A stretch of DNA of 43,759 bases from a virus (lineage: Duplodnaviria > Caudoviricetes). The notes below the pieces were generated by a model. It searched no databases. It saw only the letters and a program-made list of their open reading frames with translations, and had not been told where the DNA came from. A program made the translations under genes and the position numbers. The number at the start of each line of letters is the position of its first letter. The stretch's first letter is position 1. Location: the IMG/VR virus record IMGVR_UViG_3300016263_000854, positions 1-43,759 of that record. One strand, 5' to 3'. This document shows positions 1-9,381 of the stretch, piece by piece.

Positions 1-22
1 GCGCTCATCCAGTCCTGCTTCT
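1..22. repeat. 22-bp terminal overlap identical to 43738-43759 (circular assembly)
   Basis: GCGCTCATCCAGTCCTGCTTCT is present at both ends, and the PolA frame is continuous across the join. Confidence 0.95.
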
Positions 23-416
23 GCAGGGTCTTATCGAGCGAGGTTTTGAGCACCCGCAGTGCGATGGCCTCCAGGGAGTTGGAGACGTTGGGCAGGCCGT
101 TGTTGAGCAGGGCCGACTGGATCATGGTGTCCTCCAGCCGGCCACGCAGCCTGATGCCGCAGCCCAAGAGGCAGCGGTAGTCAAAGGCGATGTTCTGTCC
201 GACCCAAGTAATGCTGGGGTCTTCCAGCACCACCGTCAGCTCCATCCAGTCGTATTCGGTGAAGGTGGCGAGGTCGTACCAAAGCTCACCTGCATCGGAG
301 TGGAGTTGGAGGAGACGCACATGCTCCCGCCCCTGGAAGGACAGGGGAGCCATGGCGGTCTCCATATCAATACAACAGACCTTTCCCAACGCCTTAATTT
401 CAGAAGTGAGGTTCAT
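1..416 (-). CDS. polA: Family A DNA polymerase, N-terminal 3'-5' exonuclease domain (continues across the join into 43745..42345)
   Basis: Manual translation from ATG 416 gives MNLTSEIKALGKVCCIDMETAM...WVGQNIAFDYRCL...LQKQDWMSA, with ExoI DxE and ExoII NxxFD. The ATG at 8..6 equals the ATG at 43745, in frame. ATGA overlap with the MTase stop. Confidence 0.93.
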   Translation of the reverse strand, partial: MNLTSEIKALGKVCCIDMETAMAPLSFQGREHVRLLQLHSDAGELWYDLATFTEYDWMELTVVLEDPSITWVGQNIAFDYRCLLGCGIRLRGRLEDTMIQSALLNNGLPNVSNSLEAIALRVLKTSLDKTLQKQDWMS

Positions 417-1222
417 GCCCCCACCTCCAGCAGACGTGCTTTTGCCATCTCGCAGTAGGCAGGATTTAATTCAACTCCGATGTAGTTTCTGTCGTTAGAC
501 AGAGCGACAAGCCCCGTAGTCCCCGCACCACTAAACGGATCAAGAACAGTGCCGCCGATAGGGCATCCAGCAAGGACGCAAGGCTCGATTAAATCGGGCG
601 GAAATGTAGCGAAGTGAGCTTCCTTGAAGGGCTTGGTGCTGACCGTCCAGACGCTGCGGCGGTTGCGGGTGCTGGAATCTGCGCGGTCCCTGTCGCTGCT
701 CCGCCCCATTTGATGCGTAGCCGTTTTGCCCTTGTTGAAAGATGAACCTGCTGCGCCCTTTACCGCCGGCTCTTTAATCGCCTCGCCATCAAAGTAATAG
801 CGAGGCGATTTAGTTAGCAAAAAAATGTACTCGTGTGCTTTAGTACAGCGATCACGAACAGACTCGGGCATCGGGTTGGGTTTGTGCCAAATAATGTCTT
901 GACGCAAGTGCCAGCCGTCTGCTTGCAGGGCAAGCCCCACGCGCCAAGGGATCCCGAGCAGCTGCTTCTCTTTCCCGTAGCTGTCTCCAAGATTGAGCCA
1001 TAGCGTCCCGTCATCGCGCAGGACACGCCGCACTTCACGGAACACCGCCACCAGCTCTTGCACAAAGGCGTCTGGGGAGCGTTCCAGTCCGATCTGTCCA
1101 GGGTGCCCGTAGTCCCTTAGCCCGAAATAAGGAGGGCTGGTGATGCAGCAGTGAACGCTTCTTTCAGGCAGCGTGGGAAGGATTGAGCGACAGTCGCCAG
1201 CAATAATTTGAGACTTACTCAT
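413..1222 (-). CDS. DNA amino-methyltransferase (N4-cytosine/N6-adenine, beta class)
   Basis: Catalytic TSPPY precedes the SAM-binding motif VLDPFSGAGTTG; HFATFP is also present. Start at 1222 is inferred from a TGATG overlap with the upstream ORF. Confidence 0.92.
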   Translation of the reverse strand: MSKSQIIAGDCRSILPTLPERSVHCCITSPPYFGLRDYGHPGQIGLERSPDAFVQELVAVFREVRRVLRDDGTLWLNLGDSYGKEKQLLGIPWRVGLALQADGWHLRQDIIWHKPNPMPESVRDRCTKAHEYIFLLTKSPRYYFDGEAIKEPAVKGAAGSSFNKGKTATHQMGRSSDRDRADSSTRNRRSVWTVSTKPFKEAHFATFPPDLIEPCVLAGCPIGGTVLDPFSGAGTTGLVALSNDRNYIGVELNPAYCEMAKARLLEVGA

Positions 1223-1392
1223 CAGTCCTCCAGCCACTCGGGCGAATTGAGGACTGAGATGACGGTCTCACCGGGGTACAGCTCTTTGGCGGTCAACATG
1301 GCCGCGGCCACGCTGGTGGCCATCACCACCACCGAACGGACCTGCGTGGTAACGCGGTAGGTACGTGGCGGCAGGGGTTTCAGAGGCTTCAT
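1222..1392 (-). CDS. Small hypothetical protein (56 aa)
   Basis: Not in the ORF track. MKPLKPLPPRTYRV...SPEWLED* fills the gap exactly, with ATGA and TGATG overlaps at its ends. Confidence 0.7.
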   Translation of the reverse strand: MKPLKPLPPRTYRVTTQVRSVVVMATSVAAAMLTAKELYPGETVISVLNSPEWLED

Positions 1393-1625
1393 GCCGCCTC
1401 CTGCCGCTGGCGGTACTCATTGAACATGCCCTCGTTGCAGGTGTAGAGGAACTCGGCGTTGCGCAAGACGCTTTTGATGTCGTCGCTTGAGAGGTGGCGG
1501 AACTGGTGCAGCAGTTCTTTGAGCACCACCTCCCTGCGATCCATGCAAAGCAGGGCCGTGCTGTGCAATTCGTCCTTGCCGTAGAGCCGACCAGGGAACC
1601 AAGGGTTACGAGGTGACGGGTTCAT
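1389..1625 (-). CDS. Hypothetical protein
   Basis: 78-aa ORF coupled by ATGA overlaps in the minus-strand operon. Confidence 0.65.
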   Translation of the reverse strand: MNPSPRNPWFPGRLYGKDELHSTALLCMDRREVVLKELLHQFRHLSSDDIKSVLRNAEFLYTCNEGMFNEYRQRQEAA

Positions 1626-1993
1626 TTGCTCAGCAGGTGGTCGAGCTGACTGCGGAGCGCGTCACGCTCTGCGGTAACTGAGTTGAGTTGATCAAGGATG
1701 TCCAGCACCGACGCCTTGCGCTGCCTGACGTGCTGCTCGCGTTCGATGGCATGAGCAAAGCGCCCGGAGGTGCGCAGGAGCTTTTCGATGGTGCCGAGAT
1801 CCGCTGTCTGGGACAGCCGCTTGCCAAGGGTTTGCGAGCACTCGGAGTGAAGACCATGCACCTCCGTTTCAAGGAGTGCGAGTTCGCGGTCCGACAGATC
1901 AGCCAGTTCGTCGAGGTAAACGGTGTGCCCGAGGTAGCGGCTGACGATGTAGGGGATGGTGGGCTTTGAGAGGGTCCTGGAGCGACCGTCCAT
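1622..1993 (-). CDS. Hypothetical coiled-coil protein
   Basis: 123-aa ORF in operon context, with the C-rich repeat directly upstream of its ATG. Confidence 0.7.
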   Translation of the reverse strand: MDGRSRTLSKPTIPYIVSRYLGHTVYLDELADLSDRELALLETEVHGLHSECSQTLGKRLSQTADLGTIEKLLRTSGRFAHAIEREQHVRQRKASVLDILDQLNSVTAERDALRSQLDHLLSK

Positions 1994-2049
1994 AGGGGAT
2001 AGGGGTAGCGGGCCTTATGGCAGACCCTTACTCAGATAAGTTACTGCCC

Positions 2050-2367
2050 TCACGCCTCCAGGTCAACCGACTCCAGCGGGCGGTGGCGTTCACGGGTCTC
2101 AAAGAAGCCTGCGAGGTCTTCCGGGTTGCGTTCCATCAGCATCCGGGCGTAGTAGGCCGTGAAATTGTTGTTAAGCCTGAAGCTGCCAACGGGCTCGCTG
2201 GTGTTCAGAGCCAGCTCGTAACGCAGCACCTCCCAGAGGGCTTTGACACCCCAGCGCTCGACGCCGCGGTTGCGCAGCTTGAAGGCCAGACGCTCCAAAG
2301 CCGTGTAGACATGCGGGTTTTCGGCGTGGAAGCGGCGAAAGTCGGCGTCGAGACGCGGGGTTGGCAC
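2050..2367 (-). CDS. Conserved phage hypothetical protein
   Basis: FH.ENPHVY...LNNNFTAYYARMLM pattern resembles a common uncharacterised phage family (recalled, not searched). Confidence 0.7.
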   Translation of the reverse strand: MPTPRLDADFRRFHAENPHVYTALERLAFKLRNRGVERWGVKALWEVLRYELALNTSEPVGSFRLNNNFTAYYARMLMERNPEDLAGFFETRERHRPLESVDLEA

Positions 2368-2467
2368 GGCAGTATCAGAGCCAGTCTCAAAATACTTAGG
2401 TAATTACCTTGCCAAGTCAAGAGGTCCCTGCGACCCTCCCTAGGTTGTAATTCCTTGGGTAAGGCAC

Positions 2468-4807
2468 ATGCCGTCTGGCGGGTTCGGTCAGGAGTACGAC
2501 CACGAGCTAGAGCGCCTGAAAGACGCACACCGAGAAATTGGTAGCCGTATTCCGGCCGTGCACCTACCCCAGTTAGCCGGGCTGCCGATGAGTTGGCGGC
2601 TTTGCGGCACTGGCAACCGCGGGTCAGTGAAGGACTGCTTTGAGAGCCAGTGGAACTCTGACCCCGATAAGCGGTACACGGCACTGCAGCTTTTGCAGCG
2701 CAACGGGACCTTTGTGCAGCAGTGCATCGGGGCTGGTGTGCTGACGGGACCAGCGAGCCAGGGCCTGTTGGTGTTGGATTTTGACGAGCCCGAGGAGCAG
2801 GAGCTGGACGGCTTATCGGAGGAGACGTTCCAACAGGTGTTTGGGCGGCCTTCATCGGAGTTGCCGACAACAGCCACCAACACCAGCGGGAGACGGGGGC
2901 GGCGAAAGGTGTTTTTGCGGGTGCCTGAAGACTGGTGGCCGGAGCTGGGTAACTGGAGCTTTGACGCGGGCCCCTATGCCGAGGGAAAGAAGCACGCCTT
3001 TGAGGCGCTGTGGCTCAACGGGACCGGCACTGCCAAGCAGGCAGTGATTGCCGGGGATCACCCTATGTCTAGTGAGTCTCACCCGCTCTGTTACCACTGG
3101 GTGGACGGGCTGCACCCAGCAATGGTGGGTGTGGCCACCGCACCGGCATGGGTTTTAGGCGGCTTTATCCGTCAGGTGCAGCGGGGACTGGCCCCCAAGG
3201 CCGCGGCGACTGAGGACAGCTTCGATTCAAAGCGTGCGGCTGGTGAGCCGCAGCCCTGTGATCTGCTGCTGCCGAAAGATCAGCGGCGGCTGCTCCTGCT
3301 GATGCAACGGCATTGGCCATACCGAGGAGCACCTGCCGACAGTCCGTTTGCAGCGAGCTACCAGACGGCGTTTCGACCGCTAGTGGCTGGTCTCTTGAAC
3401 GTGCTGGGTAAGGACACGGCGTTGGCGTGGCTTGGCGGACAGGAGTGGGACCGCAAGAACGACTGGGATGACGGGAACTTGGGATCGTTTGAAGCGTTAA
3501 TGGAGTCGCTGAGCCGTAGTGCCACCGACGCCGATAGCAAGTGCGGGTGGGGCTCGATTGTCACTGCAGCATTGGCGGGTGGGTTTGTCTGGCCCAAGTG
3601 GGCGTTGCCCCCGAAGCAGATCGACATCGAGGATTTCACCACCAACGCAGCCAAGAAGGTTCAGAAGCTCAGAGAGGCCCTGGAGGTGATCGACGCCATG
3701 GAGTCACCAGTGGACCGTTTGGCGACTTACCAAGAGCTGACAAAACTTGTGGGGTGTAAGGACAGTGAGATGGCTCAACTGGTGCAAGTAATGGCTGAGG
3801 AGGACGCAGCGAACGGCTTTACCAGTGGAACCACAGAGGAGCTGCTGGCCGCGGCGACACCAATCAAGCCGTGCATCGAGCGTCTCTTGGCGAGCGGTGC
3901 CGTGACCTTGGTGGCGTCTGAGGGAGGTGTTGGCAAAAGCGTTTTGATCTACCGGCTTGCGGAGGCGGTCGCCAACGGGAGCAAGTTTGGGGGTCAGCTG
4001 CAGGCGGTAAAAGGAGGCGTTGTGGTGGTGCAGAAAGACGAGAGCGCCAGCAACGCCGCCCAGAAACTCCGGTTGATGGGGATGAAGCACCCACCCAAGT
4101 CGATTCGGTGGGAGTTTCAGTTCTCTGCTGCGATGTACCCGGAGCTGAAGAAGTGGATCCGGGAGATGGATGCACGTCTGGTGGTGATGGACTCGTTTGG
4201 ATCGCTGTTTGGTGGCGCTGGGGCCGGGATGGGCGAGGCGGAGGTGGGTTTGCACCTGTACCGGCTTAACCAGATCGCCAGCGAGATGGACTGCGCGATT
4301 GTCCTGACCCATCACCTACGCAAGCAGGGAAAGGAGAAGGGAGGGGAGCGGAAGGACGTGTTCTTGAGCGACCTGTTTGGCAGCAGCTACATCGTCAACG
4401 GAGCCAGCGACGTGTGGGGGGTGATCAAGGACACGGAGAGCACTGAGCCCAAGTTCAAGCTGAAGGTCCTTAAGCCAAGGACGGGCATCACCGAAGCGGG
4501 TGACACCTACGAGTTGTGGGGTAGCCGTGAGGACTTGTCTCTGACGCTGGCTTCCCATAACGGGGATGAGGAGGGTGTTGAGAAGCTGCGGGGTCAGGCG
4601 AGACAGGTGGTCGCTGCCTTAGAGGGCAGGACAGAGGAGACAGCGCTGGAGATCGGTGAGATTGCGGCTGCTGTGAACGCCCACCCCACGGCAGTGTCTC
4701 GGGTGGTGAAGCAGCTTGTGAGCACCGACCACCCGGGTCTCAAGCGAGTCCCAGTAGACGCAGGGAAGCGTGGGAGACCGTCGTATCGGTACTGGGTGGA
4801 GGTGTGA
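2468..4807 (+). CDS. Primase-polymerase / AAA (RepA-like) helicase fusion with C-terminal HTH
   Basis: N-terminal GVLTG...LLVLDFD...SGRRGRRKVF (prim-pol), Walker A ASEGGVGKS, Walker B LVVMDS, LTHHLRK, and a C-terminal IGEIAAAVNAHPTAVSRVVKQL HTH. Confidence 0.85.
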   Translation: MPSGGFGQEYDHELERLKDAHREIGSRIPAVHLPQLAGLPMSWRLCGTGNRGSVKDCFESQWNSDPDKRYTALQLLQRNGTFVQQCIGAGVLTGPASQGLLVLDFDEPEEQELDGLSEETFQQVFGRPSSELPTTATNTSGRRGRRKVFLRVPEDWWPELGNWSFDAGPYAEGKKHAFEALWLNGTGTAKQAVIAGDHPMSSESHPLCYHWVDGLHPAMVGVATAPAWVLGGFIRQVQRGLAPKAAATEDSFDSKRAAGEPQPCDLLLPKDQRRLLLLMQRHWPYRGAPADSPFAASYQTAFRPLVAGLLNVLGKDTALAWLGGQEWDRKNDWDDGNLGSFEALMESLSRSATDADSKCGWGSIVTAALAGGFVWPKWALPPKQIDIEDFTTNAAKKVQKLREALEVIDAMESPVDRLATYQELTKLVGCKDSEMAQLVQVMAEEDAANGFTSGTTEELLAAATPIKPCIERLLASGAVTLVASEGGVGKSVLIYRLAEAVANGSKFGGQLQAVKGGVVVVQKDESASNAAQKLRLMGMKHPPKSIRWEFQFSAAMYPELKKWIREMDARLVVMDSFGSLFGGAGAGMGEAEVGLHLYRLNQIASEMDCAIVLTHHLRKQGKEKGGERKDVFLSDLFGSSYIVNGASDVWGVIKDTESTEPKFKLKVLKPRTGITEAGDTYELWGSREDLSLTLASHNGDEEGVEKLRGQARQVVAALEGRTEETALEIGEIAAAVNAHPTAVSRVVKQLVSTDHPGLKRVPVDAGKRGRPSYRYWVEV

Positions 4808-4827
4808 GGGGGGTGTGGGTAGAGCGG

Positions 4828-5036
4828 TTGATTAATTGATTAAATGCTCTGAGGGGCTGAGATCCCAGTCAGGGACAGGGTTTATTTAATCAACCGGGGG
4901 TCGGTTGATTTATTCAGGGGGTATTTAATCAACCGAGGGCTGGTTGAAAAAATCAGCCCAGTCGTACCAAGGGGTCTGGGTATTTAATCAATTAATCAAT
5001 CAAAATCCCCCCACCCCCTCGGGAGGTTGATTAATT
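4828..5036. promoter_or_regulatory. Putative replication origin (AT-rich iterons and inverted repeats)
   Basis: Perfect 18-bp inverted repeat TTGATTAATTGATTAAAT (4828-4845) / ATTTAATCAATTAATCAA (4982-4999). Direct repeat TATTTAATCAACCG at 4883 and 4922. Lies immediately downstream of the primase-helicase. Confidence 0.7.
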
Positions 5037-5148
5037 CCCACCTCCAGTAGTGCGTCTCACGAGTCCAAGCGACTCAGTGATGCAGCTCCCCTACCTGAGT
5101 GACGGCTGCACCCCACAGTGCTATGACTTACGTAGTTACGTAAGTGAC

Positions 5149-5817
5149 ATGGGTAAACCAAGCCAGTTCCCCCCTGGGCCTATCACCACCAGCTGCCTGG
5201 AAGGGCGCGAGCAGTTCCGCAAGGCTTTCAAGGCGTTCTCTAGGCAGTGGAGCCAGCCCCAGCTGATGAAGCTGGCCACCGCTGCCCTCAAGGACAACGT
5301 GATCCATTCCAGCCAGATCACAGGGTTTGCCACCGGCACCCTCAAGGATCCGGCCCCCAAGGTTCTCTACGCCTTGGGTCTCTTTAACGAGGCCCTGGCC
5401 AAGGGTGATCTCCCCCAAGCCATGGCAGAGGCGTGGACGGGGAAGGAGGTGATGCGCACCTCCAGTGGTGAGGTGATGGGCCCCGCTGAGATGTTCTTGG
5501 CGTTTGTGGGGGCTCTGGATCTGGGGCTTAGCAATGCCAAGGAGATCCCCCTGGAGCACGAGGAGAGCGTCTCAGCGGTGTTTGGTAAGTGGGTGAGGCT
5601 CACCCTCGCCAGCAAGGGAGTGGATTTTGTGGTGGAGGACCACCAACGCCTCGTAGATGCTGCCCCCAGCTTTCAAGGTCTCCTCAAGGGGAAGACGGTG
5701 AAGGGTGAGGAGCTGATCCGGGATCTCCCAGTGATCGCTGGAGAGCTGGGTGTTGAGGAGGGGGAGTGCTGGGACGTGATCCAAGAGCACCTGCACACCC
5801 TGACTAAGGCGGAGTAA
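5149..5817 (+). CDS. Hypothetical protein, possibly an HTH-type regulator
   Basis: Long ORF; WSQPQLMKLA...IHSSQITGFATG resembles a degenerate XRE helix pair. Start placed just after a palindromic operator. Confidence 0.65.
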   Translation: MGKPSQFPPGPITTSCLEGREQFRKAFKAFSRQWSQPQLMKLATAALKDNVIHSSQITGFATGTLKDPAPKVLYALGLFNEALAKGDLPQAMAEAWTGKEVMRTSSGEVMGPAEMFLAFVGALDLGLSNAKEIPLEHEESVSAVFGKWVRLTLASKGVDFVVEDHQRLVDAAPSFQGLLKGKTVKGEELIRDLPVIAGELGVEEGECWDVIQEHLHTLTKAE

Positions 5818-5864
5818 CTGTCTTAGGTATTTGCGTTAGACTCAGGTAAGTGAACCCATCAGCG

Positions 5865-6110
5865 ATGCCAGCACTGTCACGTCCCATGGGAGGCCGCACC
5901 CCCCACACACCGTGGGGGTCCAGCAAGGTGCAGCGCACCATCTCAATCACGGATGAGGCGTGGGAACTGTGGACTGCTGCTGCGATGAAGGCAGGGGTCA
6001 ACAGGAGTGAGCTGTTTGAGGTGATGGCCCGCAGCGTTGGTGGCCTGGATGTGCTGCACCTACGGACTGGGCTACTCAGCGACCTGATGCCCACCACCAG
6101 CCGTGGCTGA
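5865..6110 (+). CDS. Ribbon-helix-helix DNA-binding protein
   Basis: KVQRTISITDEAWELWTAAAMKAGVNRSELFE fits the RHH (CopG/Arc) pattern. Start uncertain. Confidence 0.7.
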   Translation: MPALSRPMGGRTPHTPWGSSKVQRTISITDEAWELWTAAAMKAGVNRSELFEVMARSVGGLDVLHLRTGLLSDLMPTTSRG

Positions 6111-6312
6111 GGTCCGCATTGTCGGGACCTGTGAGCACTGTCACTACCTCGGGTACGAGAACGAAAGACCTGTCTGTAGGTTCCACGCCCCTCAAGTGCC
6201 CAAGGTGTACCACCTACCTGATGGCAACTCATTGCTGGGGGGACGCTGGCCCCCTGTAGAGCTGAACGAGTTTTGCGGAGAGCTGGCTAGGAGGGTTGAC
6301 TTACCTAAGTAA
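6103..6312 (+). CDS. Small Cys-rich (putative Zn-binding) protein
   Basis: CxxC...CRFHAP...WPPV...FCGE. Confidence 0.7.
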   Translation: MAEVRIVGTCEHCHYLGYENERPVCRFHAPQVPKVYHLPDGNSLLGGRWPPVELNEFCGELARRVDLPK

Positions 6313-6348
6313 CTCACTAAGGTAGGTAGGTCATCGACGCCGCCCTTC

Positions 6349-6954
6349 ATGGCATTTGTCTCAGACCGTTTTGTCAGCACCCTCAAGGACAAGAAATCCG
6401 CAGGCAGCGGGGATCTTTACCTAAACCCTGGCTCTCTCTCAGACGGGGAAAGCGTCCGCTTCTCTCCCGTCGGAGAAGGTTCGCTGGACTACGCGGAGAT
6501 TTGGGGAAGAACAAGCGAAGGTAAGCCCAAGTGCCTTCGCTTTGCTGAGGAACCCACCACCAAGGAACTTAACGACCGTGCAGCAGATGAAGGGGTGCAG
6601 CTGATCGACCAGAAGGGTCAGCCCACCCGCTTAAAGACCGCTTTGGCGTTCTTCGTCTTCAATTACTCCACCAACAGCATTCAGGTCTTCCAAGCCAGCC
6701 AGGTCTCCATTCTTGAAACCTTGGCAGCGTTGTTCTCTGACGAGGACGTGTCCAGTGATCCGGGTGCATGGGACTTTGAGCTTCTGCGCACTGGCACTGG
6801 GATGGATACCAGGTACCAGATTGTCCTTAAGCCCGGCAAACGGAAAGGCACCGTCAAGGCTGAAGTGGACGCAGCGTGGGAGGAGTGCCTTAAGGAAGGA
6901 GCAAACCTGTCAGCTCTGCTGAGCGGTGGCGATCCTTTTCGCGCCCCGTTCTGA
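6349..6954 (+). CDS. Single-stranded DNA-binding protein (cyanophage type)
   Basis: YLNPGSL.DGESVRF, DFELLRTGTGMDTRY and C-terminal LLSGGDPF; located in the replication cluster. Confidence 0.75.
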   Translation: MAFVSDRFVSTLKDKKSAGSGDLYLNPGSLSDGESVRFSPVGEGSLDYAEIWGRTSEGKPKCLRFAEEPTTKELNDRAADEGVQLIDQKGQPTRLKTALAFFVFNYSTNSIQVFQASQVSILETLAALFSDEDVSSDPGAWDFELLRTGTGMDTRYQIVLKPGKRKGTVKAEVDAAWEECLKEGANLSALLSGGDPFRAPF

Positions 6955-7024
6955 CCTAACCCCGTAACTCCATAGGGGCAACGGGGTGGCAACCCCTTGC
7001 CCCACTAACCCAAAGGCCAAGCCT

Positions 7025-7516
7025 ATGCCTAGATATAACCAGCTCCCCTCTCAGGAGCACCTACAAGCCCGTTTCGCTTACTCACCTGTAACTGGGCAGC
7101 TGTTCCACCTTCAAGGCAGGTTCAAGGGGCAGCCAGCCGGGTGTAGGGCCGTTAATGGCTACCTCTATGTAGGCGGAGACAGCCTCCTGGCCCATCGGGT
7201 GATCTGGAAGCTGGTAACAGGCGAGGACCCGAACCATCTACAGGTGGATCACCTTGACGGTGACCGCACGAACAACGCTTGGCACAACCTCCGACTCGCT
7301 ACAAATACCGATAACGGCTTTAACCGGGGCCGACAGTCGAATAACAAAAGCGGTTTCAAGGGTGTAAGCCTCCATGTCCAGGGTCGCTGGGTAGCTCGCA
7401 TCCGCTCAAGAGGGGTCGATAAGCACATTGGTTTATTCGACACCCCTGAGGAAGCCCACGCTGCCTACGTAGAGGCAGCAGAGCGACTCCACGGTGAGTT
7501 TGCGAGGGTCCAATGA
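7025..7516 (+). CDS. HNH endonuclease with AP2 domain (free-standing homing endonuclease)
   Basis: AHRVIW...VDHLDGDRTNNAWHNLR followed by SGFKGVS...WVARI...HIGLFDTPEEAHAAY. Confidence 0.92.
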   Translation: MPRYNQLPSQEHLQARFAYSPVTGQLFHLQGRFKGQPAGCRAVNGYLYVGGDSLLAHRVIWKLVTGEDPNHLQVDHLDGDRTNNAWHNLRLATNTDNGFNRGRQSNNKSGFKGVSLHVQGRWVARIRSRGVDKHIGLFDTPEEAHAAYVEAAERLHGEFARVQ

Positions 7517-7818
7517 CTCAATTCCACACCCGCTACGCCCTGATGAGGGCAGACGGTCGGTGGTTCAAGCACCCTCACGATCTTGACCCCACTGAGTGGA
7601 CCTCCCACCTACAGGAGGCACACCTCTGGGTGGACCTGGACGCCTGTAAGGCCGCGGCTTACTTATACAGCCAACAGCCAGGGGCGCTTATCAAGCGCCC
7701 TTCGGCTGCTTCGCAGCCGTACGGGCAACTTCGCTGTGAGGACGTGCTTCCCATCGAGGTGCTCGTCCACCAGTCAGGGCAACGCATCCAGGCCACTTAC
7801 TCCAACGTGACGGCGTGA
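7513..7818 (+). CDS. Hypothetical protein
   Basis: 101-aa ORF with 4-nt overlaps on both sides. Confidence 0.65.
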   Translation: MTQFHTRYALMRADGRWFKHPHDLDPTEWTSHLQEAHLWVDLDACKAAAYLYSQQPGALIKRPSAASQPYGQLRCEDVLPIEVLVHQSGQRIQATYSNVTA

Positions 7819-8513
7819 TCAAGCCCACCCCCGGCACTGAACTCCCCCTGCCTAAGGGCTACGCCAGACGTTGTGAGGACAAGACCGGCTACATCACCCC
7901 CGTAGGCAAACTCCCCAGCGTCACCACAATCGTTGGGGAAACCAAGTCCGAGAAGGCCAAGAAAGCTCTCCAAGCGTGGTTGGATCGCCCTGGAGCAGAA
8001 CAACGCTCCCTCGCTGCCAGAACCCGAGGCACCTACCTACACACCCAAGCGGAGAACTGGATCCTCGGGAAGCCCACCACCAACCACTTGGTGTTCGGGG
8101 GGTTCTGGAGATCGCTTGAGGGGTGGCTACAGGCCAACTTCCATTCAGCGTTGGGGGTGGAGTTCCCCATCTGGCATCCAGCGGGGTTCAGTGGCACCGC
8201 TGACTGCATTGGCTGGACCTACGACTCCACCGACATTCAACTGATCGACTGGAAGACACGTAAGGGTACCGCTCCGATTGATCCGTCTTCAGAAATGATG
8301 AGAGATGGTTACTTTGTTCAACTGGCGGCCTATCGTGCGGGGATCCGGTGGACCTACGGAGTGGACGTGGATAGTGCTCTTCTTGTTGTTGCTCGTCAGA
8401 TTGGCCCAGCTCATGTTTTTCATCTCGATTCTCAACTTCTGGATGAGTGTGAGGCGGACTTTTTCCGTCGCCTACAGATTTATCAGGAGGCCCACCAACA
8501 TGTCGTGGCTTGA
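7815..8513 (+). CDS. PD-(D/E)XK exonuclease (Cas4/RecB-like phage exonuclease)
   Basis: LPSVTTI, RGT.LH, GTADC, IDWKT and QLAAY motifs. Confidence 0.88.
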   Translation: MIKPTPGTELPLPKGYARRCEDKTGYITPVGKLPSVTTIVGETKSEKAKKALQAWLDRPGAEQRSLAARTRGTYLHTQAENWILGKPTTNHLVFGGFWRSLEGWLQANFHSALGVEFPIWHPAGFSGTADCIGWTYDSTDIQLIDWKTRKGTAPIDPSSEMMRDGYFVQLAAYRAGIRWTYGVDVDSALLVVARQIGPAHVFHLDSQLLDECEADFFRRLQIYQEAHQHVVA

Positions 8514-8769
8514 GCGGGTGAATCGCCCAAAACCCCATTCATCACACCAATACACCACCATCGTTTTACATCGCAATGACAGCGACGACCCCATCATCCA
8601 CAATCTGCGAGGTCTGTGGGTCAACGAAGCCCTGCTTGGAGTGCTGGAGCCTCTCGTCCAAGAGTATTACGACCCGGAATTTGACCCCACCTGCGAGGTC
8701 CTCTGGCAAGACGGTGAGAAGCAATGGGGTGAAGAGATTGATCTGGTCCTCCACATCAATCGCCCTTGA
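8500..8769 (+). CDS. Hypothetical protein
   Basis: ATG 8500 preceded by GGAGG; MSWLERVNRPK... Confidence 0.6.
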   Translation: MSWLERVNRPKPHSSHQYTTIVLHRNDSDDPIIHNLRGLWVNEALLGVLEPLVQEYYDPEFDPTCEVLWQDGEKQWGEEIDLVLHINRP

Positions 8770-8902
8770 GATTGGGGTGTTGGTGGCGGTGTATGCAGCG
8801 GGTGTGCATGTAGGAGCCACCTACCAACAGGAGCAAAAGGCCATTCACCAGCGGGTGAGCCACCATCAACAGCCCCAAGGCCATTCATGGAGCCATTCAT
8901 AG
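8729..8902 (+). CDS. Small putative membrane protein
   Basis: GTG start; hydrophobic IALEIGVLVAVYAAGVHVG segment. Confidence 0.45.
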   Translation: MKRLIWSSTSIALEIGVLVAVYAAGVHVGATYQQEQKAIHQRVSHHQQPQGHSWSHS

Positions 8903-9069
8903 GGCCTCAAAATCCCATTCAAGTGGGACTGATGGCTTCGATCTACCGCACCCCTGAGGGGGAGTATCGGGTGCTCCTGGCGGGGACTGTGGGGGCGCTA
9001 TGGGCCACGTCCCTGGGAGACGCCATGGCGCTGGCCTATAGCCTCACCAGCACCCCCACGGTGGGGTAG
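8887..9069 (+). CDS. Hypothetical protein
   Basis: 60-aa ORF ending the plus-strand operon. Confidence 0.5.
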   Translation: MEPFIGPQNPIQVGLMASIYRTPEGEYRVLLAGTVGALWATSLGDAMALAYSLTSTPTVG

Positions 9070-9251
9070 GGGCCCGGGGGCACTGGTGGACTCTCAATAA
9101 GGGAGACTACTGAGAACCCCTGCAGCGCAGGGGTTTTGGGGGATTGCAGGAGAGAAGCCCAGTAGCCCCTAGGGGGTGCCTTAAGTAAGGGTGAAGGGGT
9201 AGGAGCCACCAGCACCAGGGCAGCCTTACAGGCGATCCTGACGGGGGCAGG

Positions 9252-9330
9252 GTGTGACATAAAAAGCACCCGCAAACGGCTGAAAACCCTTGGCACCACT
9301 GGGGCCTTTTATGACCGTGTGACATAAAAA
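9252..9330. repeat. 14-bp direct repeat GTGTGACATAAAAA
   Basis: Copies at 9252-9265 and 9317-9330. The second is part of the TTTTATG-N9-CATAAAA palindrome. Confidence 0.85.
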
Positions 9331-9381
9331 ACCCCCAAACCCTTACGGGCCGGGGGTAGTGGGATCGGTGGGGGTGAGCAG

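Noticed and set aside
1-416. Split or intron-interrupted DNA polymerase
   Set aside because: The split is only the linearisation point; the two parts join in frame.
7025-7516. HNH gene as part of a group I intron
   Set aside because: The flanking genes are intact, separate ORFs; it appears free-standing.
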